Shown here piece after piece: positions 10,001-21,243 of a stretch of 64,000 nucleotides of DNA. A program made the translations under genes and the position numbers. This stretch comes from an uncultured Methanoregulaceae archaeon (GTDB lineage Archaea; Halobacteriota; Methanomicrobia; Methanomicrobiales; Methanospirillaceae): contig CAWFHC010000002.1 of NCBI GenBank assembly GCA_963815395.1, positions 70,432 through 134,431 of the forward strand, in the 5' to 3' direction. The notes beneath the pieces are model-generated. The model saw nothing but the letters and a program-made list of their open reading frames with translations. It was not told the origin of the DNA and made no database searches. Position 1 is the first letter of the stretch. The number at the start of each line of letters is the position of its first letter.

Positions 10001-10315
10001 TCAGATGGCATACATCACGATGATGGCCATGGTTACCGACACGATCACTGCTATCCAGAGCCCCGGATGACTGACTGTCAAATCTGCCCGCTTTCTTGTT
10101 ACAACCGGATAGGATGTTGCGAGTCCTCCCAGGATACACACGTAGAGGATCAGATCCCTGGTGAGCTGCTCTGTTGGAACGTTGAGAATATTTTTGAGGG
10201 CAATCACAAGAGCAAGAAGGCACGCACCCGCAGTGAGTGCGACCAGGGTCTGATTATCCCGCCATTCGTTGGTTTGGTCCGAATGGGTGAGTTTTCCATA
10301 TTCAATTCGATCCAT
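10001..10315 (-). CDS. Small membrane protein (3 TM), hypothetical
   Basis: Three hydrophobic segments; upstream of the XRE regulator on the same strand. Confidence 0.6.
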   Translation of the reverse strand: MDRIEYGKLTHSDQTNEWRDNQTLVALTAGACLLALVIALKNILNVPTEQLTRDLILYVCILGGLATSYPVVTRKRADLTVSHPGLWIAVIVSVTMAIIVMYAI

Positions 10316-10666
10316 GGCTGTTCAACTTCTATTACTTAATGTAAATTATATTTAACATTTTAGGATATATAGTTTACTTTTTGTTGGATTTAATTTTCCA
10401 ATAAGGATTCATCAGATCTTCAAAAAAAAGACGATACCGATGAACCGACATCAGTCCGATAATCCCGGGGATATTTATGAGTGGTAAAACTTTTGTAAAA
10501 TACGTCTCCGGTTCCGGATTTTCTCTTCCTTTCCGATCAAACTACAGCCTTTTTTTCGAATGAAATGAAGAAAAAATCCCGGAAATGGGGGTGAACCTGA
10601 GCCATCTTCAGTTCGTTTGGATAGCATGATATCCCATGGAAGAAAAACTCGTATATCAAGAGGCGT

Positions 10667-12590
10667 ATGGAGCAAAAAAACGTTCGAGTGGGTCTCATCC
10701 AGATGACCGTAGGTCCGGATCCCAACGAGAATCTTAAAAAGGCATTGTCGAAAGCTGAGCAGGCGGCAGAAGAGGGATCACAGATCATCTGCCTTCCCGA
10801 ACTTTTCCGGACGCGCTATTTCCCCCAGGGAATTGGCGTGAATGCGTCACCTCTCGCAGAAACGATTCCCGGAGATTCAACCCGGGCCTTTTCTGAGATT
10901 GCCCGCCGGAACAATGTTGTCATTATCGTCCCGGTCTTTGAAAAATCATCAGATGGGAGGAATTATAACTCAGCCGTAATCATCGATGCTGACGGGACCC
11001 TCCATACCTCCTATCACAAAGTCCATATTCCGCAGGACCCCGGTTTTTTTGAAAAAGGTTACTTTTATCCCGGAGACCGGTATCACGTTCATACCACACG
11101 ATACGGGCGCATCGCGGTGCTCATCTGCTATGACCAGTGGTTTCCCGAAGCAGCACGCTGTGTTGCTCTTGATGGAGCCCAGATCATTTTTTATCCGACT
11201 GCAATCGGTCATCCTACCCTTGAGGAACCTGCAGAAGGTAACTGGCATGAAGCATGGGCACTCATCCAGCGGGGCCATGCTGTTGCAAACAGTGTCCATG
11301 TTGCGGCTATAAACCGGGTCGGCAGGGAAGGCGGATATAAAATTTTTCGGGGGCTCGTTTATCTGCGATGCGTTTGGCAAGATAATTGTGCAGGGGGGAG
11401 ATACGGAAGAGACGCTGATCGCCACCCTCGACTTATCCATGAACCAGGTAGTCAGGGAATCGTGGGGGTTCTTCCGAAACCGGCGGCCGGACACCTATGG
11501 AGCAATATGTACACTTTTTCCGGGAATTGACGGGACATTCCCCGGAATTCGTCCCGGAGATACCCCGAGAAACCGGGGGTTCCATATGCCGGCCGAATGG
11601 GAACCTCATGAAGCAGTATGGCTCTCGTGGCCGCACAACAAGACTACCTTCCCAAAACTCCCTGCAGTCGAAGAGGCCTTTTTTGAGTTTATTACAGCAA
11701 TCCACACGTCTGAGCGGGTTGAACTGTTCATTCCGACTGCAGCTGTGCACAGACGAGTCAAGACCCGGCTCAGGGAAAGTCAGATCGATCCATCACGGAT
11801 CACACTCCATACAACTGAGTTCTCGGATGTCTGGATTCGGGATTATGGCCCTACCTTTGTTATCAACCGGGCAATGAAGCGATCTGCGATGGTACGCTGG
11901 AATTTCAATGCGTGGGGCGGGAAATATGAAGACCAGGTGGATGATGGCAGGATCCCCTCCGTTATGAACCGCTGGCTCGATCTCCCCCAGTTTGTTCCCG
12001 GGATCGTGCTTGAAGGCGGGTCTCTTGATGTGAACGGGAGAGGAACGGTCCTGACCACCCGCTCATGTCTGTTAAACCCGAACCGGAACCCGTCGTTATC
12101 TTCAGACACTATCGAGGAGTTCCTGAAAGAATATCTCGGGGTTGTGAAGGTAATCTGGCTGAATGACGGGATCGCGGGTGACGATACGGACGGCCATATC
12201 GATGATATAGCACGTTTTGTTGCTCCGGCTACCGTTGTTTGTGCGTACGAAAACGATACCCGGGATGCAAATTACCGGGCCCTGCATGAAAATTACGAAA
12301 TTCTCAGACAATCAAGCAATCAGGACGGGACACCTCTTACTGTCGTGAAACTCCCGATGCCTGCCAAAATTGCCAATGGTGATGAGCAGTATCCGGCGAG
12401 TTACACAAATTTTTATATCGGAAATACTGTTGTAATCGTACCGGTTTTTAACGACACGAATGACGCAGAGGCCCTGCGGATTTTACAGGATCTTTTCCCC
12501 GGCCGCAGGGTAATCGGGATAGATGCCCGGGCAATGGTTGAAGGATTTGGCACGTTCCATTGTGCAACGCAGCAGCAGCCACTGGTTTAA
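10667..12590 (+). CDS. aguB-aguA: Fused N-carbamoylputrescine amidohydrolase (nitrilase fold) and agmatine deiminase; frameshift near 11335
   Basis: Nitrilase triad motifs LPELF, HKVHIP and ICYDQWFPE. Removing one G near 11333 restores ..EGDIKFFGGSFICDAFG.. running into MPAEWEPH, WIRDYGP, LEGGS, DTDGHID and GTFHCATQQQP. Confidence 0.88.
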
Positions 12591-12931
12591 ACGGCAGCAT
12601 TGCCTTTTTTTACCGTATATCAGATGCCAGAACAAGGGACTCGTAATTTCTCAAGGTAAGATGCCGGTAATACGATCGTTCTGCTGTATCCCTGTCTGAT
12701 GGAATTGCCAGGACTTCCTGTCGGGGCTTTCTTTGGCAACGTGGTTTTTTTTTGAACCAGATACGGTAAAAACTGCACGCCCCGGGGGCGCTCTGTCTGG
12801 GGGGGTAAGTCGTCATATCAGGTAATACAAGGGCTTGAGCGTCTCTCAATACGTGTGTTACCTCTTTAAAAGAGGGAAAAACAATCCAAAACCTGATATC
12901 TGCAGAACGAGAGGAGAGTAGTGATGGTGAG

Positions 12932-13405
12932 ATGATGGAACAACTACCGATGGTTAAACCGGGAGATCCGGCAAAGAACTTTTCCTTAAAAGACCAGAAT
13001 GACACAACCTTCGATCTCTACGAAAGAATGCACCAGAGGACACTCCTGTCCTTTCATCCGCTGGCGTGGACGGCTTTCTGTGCGGGCCAGATGAAATCGC
13101 TGGAGGATAACAGGAACGTTTTTACGGGACTCAACACCGTTGCAGTCGGCATCAGCGTCGATTCCGTACCCTGTAAAAAAGCCTGGGCGGAGAAGCTGGG
13201 TATTACCGAAACATCCCTCCTGTGTGATTTCTGGCCTCACGGGGCTGTAGCTCAGCAGTATGGACTGTTCCGGGAGGCAAACGGTTTTTCGGAAAGAGCT
13301 AATGTGATCGTAGACGAACAACAGAACGTGGTTTTTGTAAAGGTCTATCCGGTTCACTCTGTGCCGGACATAGGTGAAGTGATCACCGTTATCAAAAATC
13401 TTTAA
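12932..13405 (+). CDS. Peroxiredoxin (AhpE/BCP-like)
   Basis: FHPLAWTAFC peroxidatic Cys motif, GISVDS, LLCDFWPHG, SERA. Confidence 0.9.
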   Translation: MMEQLPMVKPGDPAKNFSLKDQNDTTFDLYERMHQRTLLSFHPLAWTAFCAGQMKSLEDNRNVFTGLNTVAVGISVDSVPCKKAWAEKLGITETSLLCDFWPHGAVAQQYGLFREANGFSERANVIVDEQQNVVFVKVYPVHSVPDIGEVITVIKNL

Positions 13406-13516
13406 ACTCCCCGGGATGCCTGGCAGGAAACGTGTGCTTTTCCTTAATGTCGGGACGACAGGGCAGATGCCCGTTTCTTATGAAGAGAGAAAATAAAAAA
13501 CACTTTTTTTATAATT

Positions 13517-14239
13517 TCAGCCGATGAGCGGGAGCACGTGTTTTTCCCATGAGGAGTAATCCATGACATAATCAACGCCACAGACAGTCGTTACCGGGTG
13601 TTCCGGGATCAGGGCAATCAGCCGGGTAAGTCCGTTTCTTGTTGCATCTCCCGGACCGAAAGGATTGATCACCAGTTTTCCCTGTTTTTTCATCACATAA
13701 TCGCAGATAAACAACAGCTCATCAAAAAAATAGCAGGTAAACCCGGGGGTGTGACCGCCCAGATGCACCGCATGGAGCCCGCTGTCACAAAAACTGCCCG
13801 AAAAGAGATCATCGAATACGAAACCCCGGCAAAGGTCATGATGGGAATCCGCTTCATGAATAGCTACGCGTGCCGGGTAGAGGTCCCGGTACTGGTTGCA
13901 TGCACCGAGAAAATGGTGGTGAGTGAAGAGGATGGTGTCCATTTGCGGGAGCGAGCGGTCAAACGTGGAGGGGCAGTCGATCAAAAATACCACTCTGTCG
14001 GTTACAACCCGGTACGCCGCGTGTTCGTAACCCAGGGCTGGCACCGAGTTGATTCGGGTCACTGATTCATTGATCTGCCTGCTTTCGATGTGGCGGAGGG
14101 CTGAATTTTCTTCGGCAGACAAAAATTTGTCTTTCGTTGCACCGCAGAACGGGCAGAAATCCGGATGGTATCCTGCCATGTTATATCCGCAGATCTGGCA
14201 GACATACTGCCCGGAATCCTTGCTGTTCATAATCCTCAA
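13517..14239 (-). CDS. Rubredoxin-like zinc ribbon fused to metallo-beta-lactamase-fold protein
   Basis: N-terminal CQICG..CPFCG, then LIDCP, FTHHH and GGHTPG. Confidence 0.75.
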   Translation of the reverse strand: MRIMNSKDSGQYVCQICGYNMAGYHPDFCPFCGATKDKFLSAEENSALRHIESRQINESVTRINSVPALGYEHAAYRVVTDRVVFLIDCPSTFDRSLPQMDTILFTHHHFLGACNQYRDLYPARVAIHEADSHHDLCRGFVFDDLFSGSFCDSGLHAVHLGGHTPGFTCYFFDELLFICDYVMKKQGKLVINPFGPGDATRNGLTRLIALIPEHPVTTVCGVDYVMDYSSWEKHVLPLIG

Positions 14240-14501
14240 TCAGGGTTTGTTGAGGATTATGAGATAAAATAGGTTATGTTTCCTGCAGGATTCCGGCCTC
14301 TCTGTTGAATCAGGCGTTCAAAAGTCATCCGGATTTCCCGGACCAGGTCACCGGTAAAATGATTCCAGGTACCTTATACAGGATTCGAAAACCGGAATCT
14401 CATTTCATAAAAAAACAAAAATTTTGTGATTCGGAAACGGGTAATAACCGCTCCAATCCCCGGCAAACGCAACTCCCGTTCCTGATCTGTGCCATTATGC
14501 G

Positions 14502-15233
14502 ATGGTTAATACTATCCGGGGCATAGTTCTTTTGATAATGAATTCGAAAACTTTTACAATCATCGTTATTGCGGTTATTATCCTTATTGCAGGAGTATTA
14601 TTCCTCTTTGGTGGAGATGGCATGCGATCCATCCCGCTCCAGGGGGGGCCGCATGCGCTTCCTGCTGTTGAGGTGAGGGCGTACCAGGGGAACGATCTCT
14701 CTTCGATCAATGATTTCCATGAAAACTCTATCAAAGGCCCGCAGTACATCAACACTTCCGATTACCGGCTCACCGTGACCGGGCTGACCAGCAAAACAGA
14801 TGTCTATACGTACCAGGATATCCTGACCAGGTACCCTCATTATTCCCGGGTTGTCACGCTCTTCTGTGTGGAAGGCTGGGATGCGACGATCCTCTGGGAG
14901 GGTGTGCTGGTCCGCGATCTCATCCGGGAGGCAGGTATCGATCCCCGGGCAAATACGGTAATCTTCACGGCACATGATGGCTATACTACATCCTTCCCGC
15001 TTGACTACCTGATGAACCATGATATCATCATGGCATACAAGATGAACGATGTCACACTCCCTGCGGACCGGGGCTATCCGTTCCAGCTGGTAGCACAGGA
15101 CAAATGGGGATACAAGTGGATCAAATGGATCGAGAAGATTCAGTTGACCAGTGACCCTGATTACCGGGGATATTGGGAGCAACGGGGATATTCCAATACC
15201 GCGGACCTGGAGAAGAATTATTTCTCAGATTAA
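14502..15233 (+). CDS. Molybdopterin-dependent oxidoreductase (sulfite oxidase/MsrP-like), N-terminal membrane anchor
   Basis: LFCVEGW, W.GV, DGYTTS.PL, AYKMN, GYP..LV, GYKW.KW and GYWEQRGY. Confidence 0.88.
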   Translation: MVNTIRGIVLLIMNSKTFTIIVIAVIILIAGVLFLFGGDGMRSIPLQGGPHALPAVEVRAYQGNDLSSINDFHENSIKGPQYINTSDYRLTVTGLTSKTDVYTYQDILTRYPHYSRVVTLFCVEGWDATILWEGVLVRDLIREAGIDPRANTVIFTAHDGYTTSFPLDYLMNHDIIMAYKMNDVTLPADRGYPFQLVAQDKWGYKWIKWIEKIQLTSDPDYRGYWEQRGYSNTADLEKNYFSD

Positions 15234-15280
15234 AAAATCCCTTTTTTTTTGCAGGAGCACATGCTCACCGGGATTTCAGA

Positions 15281-15559
15281 TCAGGGAGACGTGGTTGCAC
15301 CGGTCAGGATCTTCCTTGTCATGGATACGATCCATGCCCGGTTTACATACAGGTGGGCAGCAACAAAAAAACCCAGAGCAAGACCGGCCCAGTCGTGAAT
15401 ATTGCTCATCAGAGCCAGGGGGAGCACCAGGTCCACCAGGCCGAACATTCGCATGAATAGTGTAAACTTGAAGAATCCGGTGATAAAAGTGACCAGAAAT
15501 GCTATTCCCATCCCGAGATCCAGGGACCATTTTATAACCTGTCCGTTCATGATAACCAT
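15281..15559 (-). CDS. DUF4405-type small membrane protein
   Basis: Two TM helices with ITG and IHDWAG..AAHL.VN..W pattern. Confidence 0.75.
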   Translation of the reverse strand: MVIMNGQVIKWSLDLGMGIAFLVTFITGFFKFTLFMRMFGLVDLVLPLALMSNIHDWAGLALGFFVAAHLYVNRAWIVSMTRKILTGATTSP

Positions 15560-15633
15560 ATCCGTTTGTGATATTCCGGCTCACTCTTAAAAAGGTAATG
15601 GGAGATGAGCAAATTTACCGGACGTTAATATCC

Positions 15634-16503
15634 TTATTCCTGGTTTTTTTCTGAGATCTGCAGTCTTGCTTTTTCAAGACGGTCTTTTGCGTCCTCCGGA
15701 TTGCGTATCCCATACAGGCTCAACAGGGGGTTGCGCGACCCTTCTTCCCAGCGCAGAGTCGATGCCTGATCGGTATCCGGATGCGCTGTATCTCCCTTCG
15801 TATGGTGTCCTCTCATATCTATCTGGGTAACCCCGAAAACCAGTCCTGCGGGAACAATAGTGCCAAAATGAAAAATATGGCCCAACCGACCCTGCACAAG
15901 AACGACCCTCTCAATCTGGTGAAGAGGAATTACATTCTCTACAAGGTTCCAGAGACCCCCGGTAATAATCACAACATCCCGGGTTAAGGTATATTTTATG
16001 GATCGACGGAAAAATTCAAGCCCTGCAAGGACAGTAAGCGCTGCAACAACACTGAACGGCTGAATCAGATATGCTATCCATCGGAAGAGGGTAAGGAGGT
16101 AGCTTGTGGAAAGCATCGGAATTGACGAGACCTGCATGAGTACCAATCCTCCCAGTATACTCAGAATCAGCGTCAGAGCAGCTCCCGTCCAAATCTCGGT
16201 ACGGTTCATCACATCACCAAAAAAGATGAAAAAGAGGAAGATGCCAATCGGGGCGATTAAATACACGTATATCTCCAGAAGTGCCGGAAGATCGGGAATT
16301 ATTGTTCCCAGGGGACCCACAAGCGAAGACGGAAATGACCTCGCTGCATCGATCATGATTGTCAGGACAATTACCGAGAGTGCGGCTAAAAGGACGGGTG
16401 TGAGACCCAGAATATATTTGTATATGAAGCCCCTTGGAGCCGGATGGGTAGTGAAAAGAACAGGACCGTAAATTCCCATCATCTCCTTTGCCGGCCGAAC
16501 CAT
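15634..16503 (-). CDS. Membrane protein with bacterial PH (bPH_2)-like domain
   Basis: Four TM helices, then Y.LT..V.ITGG....IPL.QIE.V...QG.LG.IF.FGTI. Confidence 0.7.
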   Translation of the reverse strand: MVRPAKEMMGIYGPVLFTTHPAPRGFIYKYILGLTPVLLAALSVIVLTIMIDAARSFPSSLVGPLGTIIPDLPALLEIYVYLIAPIGIFLFFIFFGDVMNRTEIWTGAALTLILSILGGLVLMQVSSIPMLSTSYLLTLFRWIAYLIQPFSVVAALTVLAGLEFFRRSIKYTLTRDVVIITGGLWNLVENVIPLHQIERVVLVQGRLGHIFHFGTIVPAGLVFGVTQIDMRGHHTKGDTAHPDTDQASTLRWEEGSRNPLLSLYGIRNPEDAKDRLEKARLQISEKNQE

Positions 16504-16726
16504 ATACCGGCTCTTTATTTTATATTTTATTTAAATGTTTCTTTATATGAATACGTTCATTTATTAAATAACCGCAAAAAAAATTATCAGAATGAATACA
16601 TTTCCCGGAAATATTTCCGATCCTGCAAGATGCAAAATTTTAGCCTGTTTTTTAATCACCCTTTCTTTCAACCCGCCCGGTAAACGACACCCGAAGGATA
16701 AGAAGGATTGATGTTTGGATTTGTCC

Positions 16727-17614
16727 TCAGACGTTTATGTTCAGTACCGTGCGGATGAGTACTCCAATAACAAACGATATCGCTGCAATACCCAGACTGA
16801 TGACGAGCATTTCGGCAAAACGTCTCCAGAAAGGAAGGTCCTTAGCCACAGATATGTAGAACGTGAACAGGAGTATCACCATGACAGCACCCAGCAGGGT
16901 AACCATGATTGCGTAGTAGGGGTTGGAAAAGACAAGAAATGGCAGGATGAGCAGGGCAACAGTCAGGATATAGGCAACCCCGGTATAGACGGATGCCTTG
17001 ACCGGGTCGGCCGGCCCTCCATCTGATCTCTGCGAAAGGTACTCAGAAGCGCCCATCGACAGCGAGGCTGCAACTCCCATGATCAGGCCGACAACCGCGA
17101 TGATCTGCGTGTTCTGGATGGCAAACGTGAGCCCGGCAAGGGTTCCGGTGAATTCAACAAGGGCATCATTGAGCCCGAGTACAACCGAACCAACGTATTT
17201 CAATCGTTCTTCATCGATAAGGGCAATAAGTTCACGTTCGTGGGTTTCTTCATTTGTCAGGATTGTCTGGATCCCGGGAATTTTATGGATGAGGGTTTTA
17301 TCGTACTCCTGGGCACGTTTTTCCACACCCTCCATGAGTTTAATCGCAAATGTGATGCCAAGGACCCGTGCGATGAGATAGTAGAACCAGATGCGGAGGG
17401 TGTTGGGTTCCACGTCCTGATTTGTATACTGTTTCCATATTCCATAGTGCCCAAGTTCATCCATGGCGATCCGGTTCAGCACTTCGCGGTTATGGGGATC
17501 TTTCTGGACGGCTCCAATTTTCTTATAAATATGATATTCGGTAATTTCGCCCTTTTGCATGGCAAGGATTGTAGAGATAAGCGCCGGCTCGAAGATGGTT
17601 TCAGTCATGGACAC
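16727..17614 (-). CDS. VIT1/CCC1 iron transporter with N-terminal rubrerythrin/ferritin-like domain
   Basis: EITE..Y, DE..H and EE.HE di-iron-like motifs; VLGLNDALVE and SM.ASEYLS VIT1 motifs. Confidence 0.88.
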   Translation of the reverse strand: MSMTETIFEPALISTILAMQKGEITEYHIYKKIGAVQKDPHNREVLNRIAMDELGHYGIWKQYTNQDVEPNTLRIWFYYLIARVLGITFAIKLMEGVEKRAQEYDKTLIHKIPGIQTILTNEETHERELIALIDEERLKYVGSVVLGLNDALVEFTGTLAGLTFAIQNTQIIAVVGLIMGVAASLSMGASEYLSQRSDGGPADPVKASVYTGVAYILTVALLILPFLVFSNPYYAIMVTLLGAVMVILLFTFYISVAKDLPFWRRFAEMLVISLGIAAISFVIGVLIRTVLNINV

Positions 17615-17727
17615 CTATCCGATATGCAGGATATATCTTTAAATCATGCGACATTGCGTGCCAGCTCCGGCAGAGTTGCCGGTATGAAGTACCGGCTCAA
17701 TAAGGGAGGGATGTCCTGTCACCCTCT

Positions 17728-17802
17728 CTGCCGCCCCCTCCGGGATGGGGCGCCCAGCGCGGATCGGTGACTAAAAAAAATCAAAAAAAACTCCCTGCCC
17801 GC
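17728..17802. repeat. Family C hairpin repeat, diverged partial copy
   Basis: Reverse complement reads GCGGGCAGGGAG-T-rich-CACCGATCCGCGCTGGGCGCCCCATC..GGGGGCGGC, aligning to 5476-5538. Confidence 0.55.
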
Positions 17803-18007
17803 AATTCACCTTAAAATCGTCTTGAGCTGAGAGTCTTATACAGATGATGATTTAGTTGATCACATAAACTAACCTCAACTTACATCTGATTCTTTGACTA
17901 CCTGCGGAATTTATGTTGATGACCCCCGGCCAGAGAAGGCAATTGTGGCTTGTGCCAGTACCGGGGTATCTCGCTGAAACAATATTTAAAAAAAACAGAT
18001 CCGGCAT

Positions 18008-19996
18008 TCACCGGATTTTCGATCCTGGTTCCACGGGTTTTAAGGGTGTGAGCAGAGATGCTGAATCCCCGGCTGCAAGGATCATCCCATTACTCTCAAC
18101 GCCGAATATTTTTGCCGGAGCAAGGTTAATAATAACTACCACATCCCTGCCCACCAGTTCCTCAGGTTTGTAGAACTGCTGCATACCCGCGACGATCTGG
18201 CGGATCTCCCCTCCGATATCTACCTGTAATTTCAGGAGTTTGTTCGATTTTGGTACAGGTTCTGCGCACAAGACTCTGCCGGTCCTGATGTCCAGTTTCT
18301 GGAACTCCTCGAAAGTCACCAGGGGCATTTTCTCCATCTTTTTGTTGGCTTTGGCCACACGCATCTGGAGCAGGGCATCGAGTTCCCTGATCGTATCCTC
18401 TTCTATCTTTGCAAAAAGCGGTGCCGGAACTGCGATGCGTGTTTCAGAGACTTCCCGGACTGCCTCGCTGATGGGATGGTCTGAGATAGTATCGTTGTGT
18501 CCCAGCATTGTCCAGCATTCCTGTGCTTTTACCGGCATAACAGGTTCCAGGAGAAGGGCAACGGCTTTTACGATCTGGATACAGTTCCTGATAACCTGTG
18601 CAGCCGCTTCACGGTCCGTCTTGATCAGCTTCCAGGGTGCCTGAGTCTGGATGTAGGTATTTCCAAAGGCCGCAAGCGCCATCATAGCGTCCACCGCTCC
18701 CTTAAACTCATACTCCCGCATGAGCGCGTCCACGTTTGCAAGGCTTCTTTCGATCTCTGCAGTGATGGCGGGATCTACCGGACAGGCAGGAATACCTCCG
18801 AATTCTTTGTGGGCAAAGAATAACGTACGGTACACAAAGTTTCCGAAGATGTTGACAACCTCATTATTGATCCGCTCTGAAAAGACCTTCCAGGAAAAGT
18901 TGAGTTCCTTGGTGTGGCTGGTATACGCGAGCAGGTAGTAGCGGAGGTAGTCTGCAGGCAGTCCCTTGTCGAGATAATCATCATTTGTCCAGACGACATA
19001 TCCCCGGGATTTCGAGAACTTGTGATCATCGACCTTGACCATCCCGCTGGCAACGATCGCATCCGGTACTCCATACCCCGCCGCTTTTAAGAGGGCCGGC
19101 CAGAAAATGCTGTGGTGGTAGATGATGTCGCCCCCGATGAAATGCGTGACCCGGTTTTCGCCACACCAGTAGTCTTTCCAGTCTTTGCCTGCCTTCTTTG
19201 CCCATTCCTCGGTGAATGCAATATATCCAATCGGGGCATCGACCCAGACATAGACAACGAGATCGTCGCGGCCGGGGAACTTCACCCCCCAATCAAGTGT
19301 GCGGGTGATGCACCAGTCATGGAGTTCGTCTTTTATCCAGCCGATTGCATAGTTCTTTGCGTTGCTTGTTCCCCGCAGCGTGTCAAGATAGGGAAGGAGG
19401 AATTCCTTGAACTCAGAAAGTTTAAAAAAATAATGTTCCTGGTCCCTGAACTCGGCCTTCGTGCCACAAACCCTGCAGACCGGATCTTTGATCTCTCCGG
19501 GCTCGAGATGCTTCCCGCAACCCTGGTCGCATTCATCGCCCCGTGCCTGTGTGCCGCAGTGAGGGCAGACGCCTTCCACGTACCGATCCGGGAGAAATCT
19601 CCTGCATTTCGTGCAGTATGCCTGGTGCACAATCTGCTTATAGACATAGCCTTTCCTGATAAGCTCGGATACAATAGCAGTCGTCCGCTGATGTGTTGCA
19701 GGGTCATCGGTCATGCCGAACCGGTCGAACAGCACACCCATCCGTTTGAAGGTCTCGTCGAAATGGCGGTGGTAGCGTTCTGAGAGTGCACGGGGAGAGA
19801 TGCCTGCTTCCTCAGCCGAGACGACAATGGGTGTCCCGTGATTGTCCGAACCGCAGACGAATACAACCTCCTCTCCTGCCCGCCGCATGTAGCGGACGTA
19901 AGCGTCAGCAGGCACATACGTTCGCAGATGTCCAAGATGGCAGGGGCCGTTCGTGTAAGGCAACCCGCAGGTGACCAGCAGCGGTGGTGGGTTCAT
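18008..19996 (-). CDS. metG: Methionine--tRNA ligase
   Basis: LPYTNG..HLGH, Zn knuckles, [15 protein letters not shown] and a C-terminal tRNA-binding OB domain. Confidence 0.97.
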   Translation of the reverse strand: MNPPPLLVTCGLPYTNGPCHLGHLRTYVPADAYVRYMRRAGEEVVFVCGSDNHGTPIVVSAEEAGISPRALSERYHRHFDETFKRMGVLFDRFGMTDDPATHQRTTAIVSELIRKGYVYKQIVHQAYCTKCRRFLPDRYVEGVCPHCGTQARGDECDQGCGKHLEPGEIKDPVCRVCGTKAEFRDQEHYFFKLSEFKEFLLPYLDTLRGTSNAKNYAIGWIKDELHDWCITRTLDWGVKFPGRDDLVVYVWVDAPIGYIAFTEEWAKKAGKDWKDYWCGENRVTHFIGGDIIYHHSIFWPALLKAAGYGVPDAIVASGMVKVDDHKFSKSRGYVVWTNDDYLDKGLPADYLRYYLLAYTSHTKELNFSWKVFSERINNEVVNIFGNFVYRTLFFAHKEFGGIPACPVDPAITAEIERSLANVDALMREYEFKGAVDAMMALAAFGNTYIQTQAPWKLIKTDREAAAQVIRNCIQIVKAVALLLEPVMPVKAQECWTMLGHNDTISDHPISEAVREVSETRIAVPAPLFAKIEEDTIRELDALLQMRVAKANKKMEKMPLVTFEEFQKLDIRTGRVLCAEPVPKSNKLLKLQVDIGGEIRQIVAGMQQFYKPEELVGRDVVVIINLAPAKIFGVESNGMILAAGDSASLLTPLKPVEPGSKIR

Positions 19997-20035
19997 CAGT
20001 ACTTTTTAGATGCTTATGAGTAATAATATCTGTAT

Positions 20036-20821
20036 ATGGCAAAACGGCAGAAACTCCCGACACGGGCATTGGGAGCAGAGCCTGGAATGCCGGATGTGAC
20101 CGCACTTGCAAAATGGATAGCCGATCACCGGGGTACGACAGCAGATATCATCACATACCTCCTTGACCGTTCGCTTGAACCCCAGGTATCAGCGGGAATC
20201 ATGGCACCCTGTGCAGGGGGCCGGTTCTATAAAAACCGGATTATGCAGTGCCTGCTCGGTGTTGAAGGCAGGATGGCAACCGGAGAACTCAGCCTTGATT
20301 CACCGCCAGTCATTGAAGATGCTGCCAGCATCATTGTGCAGAAAAAAGATGCCTGGTGTGCCCTGCCTGCACCTCACATGCTGGGCATCACCGATGCGTA
20401 CTATGATGATGAATATGAATGGAATGATGCGATTACGGGCTCGTACCGGACCCTGATGCGCTCGATGAGGGATACTGGAATAAGGGGGCATGTGCTGATC
20501 TGTGATACGATAGCAGAGCCTGAGATCGCTTCCCTCATCCGGCAGAACGTCTTCTTTTTCCAGCCAAAACCAGACCGGCAAAGCCTTTCCTGCCTGCTCG
20601 AACACCAGCGTCAGATCGCCATCAGCGGAGATCAGCTTGATACTCTTCTCGATCTTTCCGGTGAGTATGATCTCCGGAAGATCATTATCCTTGATCCTGA
20701 TCCGGAATCCATTGCCCGTGCACTTTCGTGTCTTGATCCGGATCAGGTCAGTGCCGGTGGTTACTGTAAGAATTTGTGCGAAGATTACTGGAAAAATCTG
20801 GTGGATGCAGCAGTCTGCTAA
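20036..20821 (+). CDS. Conserved hypothetical protein, possibly degenerate MetE/UROD-like barrel
   Basis: Intact 261-aa ORF divergent from metG. PAP..L...DAYY.DE and Y..LMR.MRD.G..GHV loosely resemble core MetE; no HxC zinc motif. Confidence 0.55.
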   Translation: MAKRQKLPTRALGAEPGMPDVTALAKWIADHRGTTADIITYLLDRSLEPQVSAGIMAPCAGGRFYKNRIMQCLLGVEGRMATGELSLDSPPVIEDAASIIVQKKDAWCALPAPHMLGITDAYYDDEYEWNDAITGSYRTLMRSMRDTGIRGHVLICDTIAEPEIASLIRQNVFFFQPKPDRQSLSCLLEHQRQIAISGDQLDTLLDLSGEYDLRKIIILDPDPESIARALSCLDPDQVSAGGYCKNLCEDYWKNLVDAAVC

Positions 20822-20920
20822 GAGTAACCCACGACATCCGGATAATTCTTTACAAAAATCGTTGTATTCAGATTTGATGCGAAAAACTAAACTATTCTTT
20901 CCCGAAGTTCCTGATATTTA

Positions 20921-21017
20921 CCGCCGTCGCTGATGGATCGCCCCCGCGGTGGATCAGCGATTAAAATTCAGAAAAGGCTCTTTGCCCGCCGTGCTCTGGA
21001 GAGCAGAGGCGGGAACC
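20921..21017. repeat. Family C hairpin repeat, copy inverted relative to 5447-5540
   Basis: Reverse complement CCCGCCTCTGCTCTCCAGAGCACGGCGGG..CTGATCCACCGCGGGGGCGATCCATCAGCGACGGCGG. Confidence 0.7.
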
Positions 21018-21243
21018 TTGTTTATTTCAGGGATCAGATGTGCACTGAATCGATTCAGGTCAAATTTCTCGGGAGCCTTGCTTTTCCTCTTTGATCCTGA
21101 GCACTTTTTTGGAGAACTGGTACCTAAACCCCCCCTCCTGCCGGGTCACGCCTCAGGAAAATCCCTGAGATCTGGAACTTCGGGCAGGAAGTTTTTCAAA
21201 AGATCGGGGAGTTCACCGAATCGGTTCTTGTCTTTTAAAAAAT

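Noticed and set aside
9717-10011. Gene between the membrane protein and the XRE regulator
   Set aside because: Several overlapping short frames; probably a frameshifted small gene, but it cannot be reconstructed reliably.
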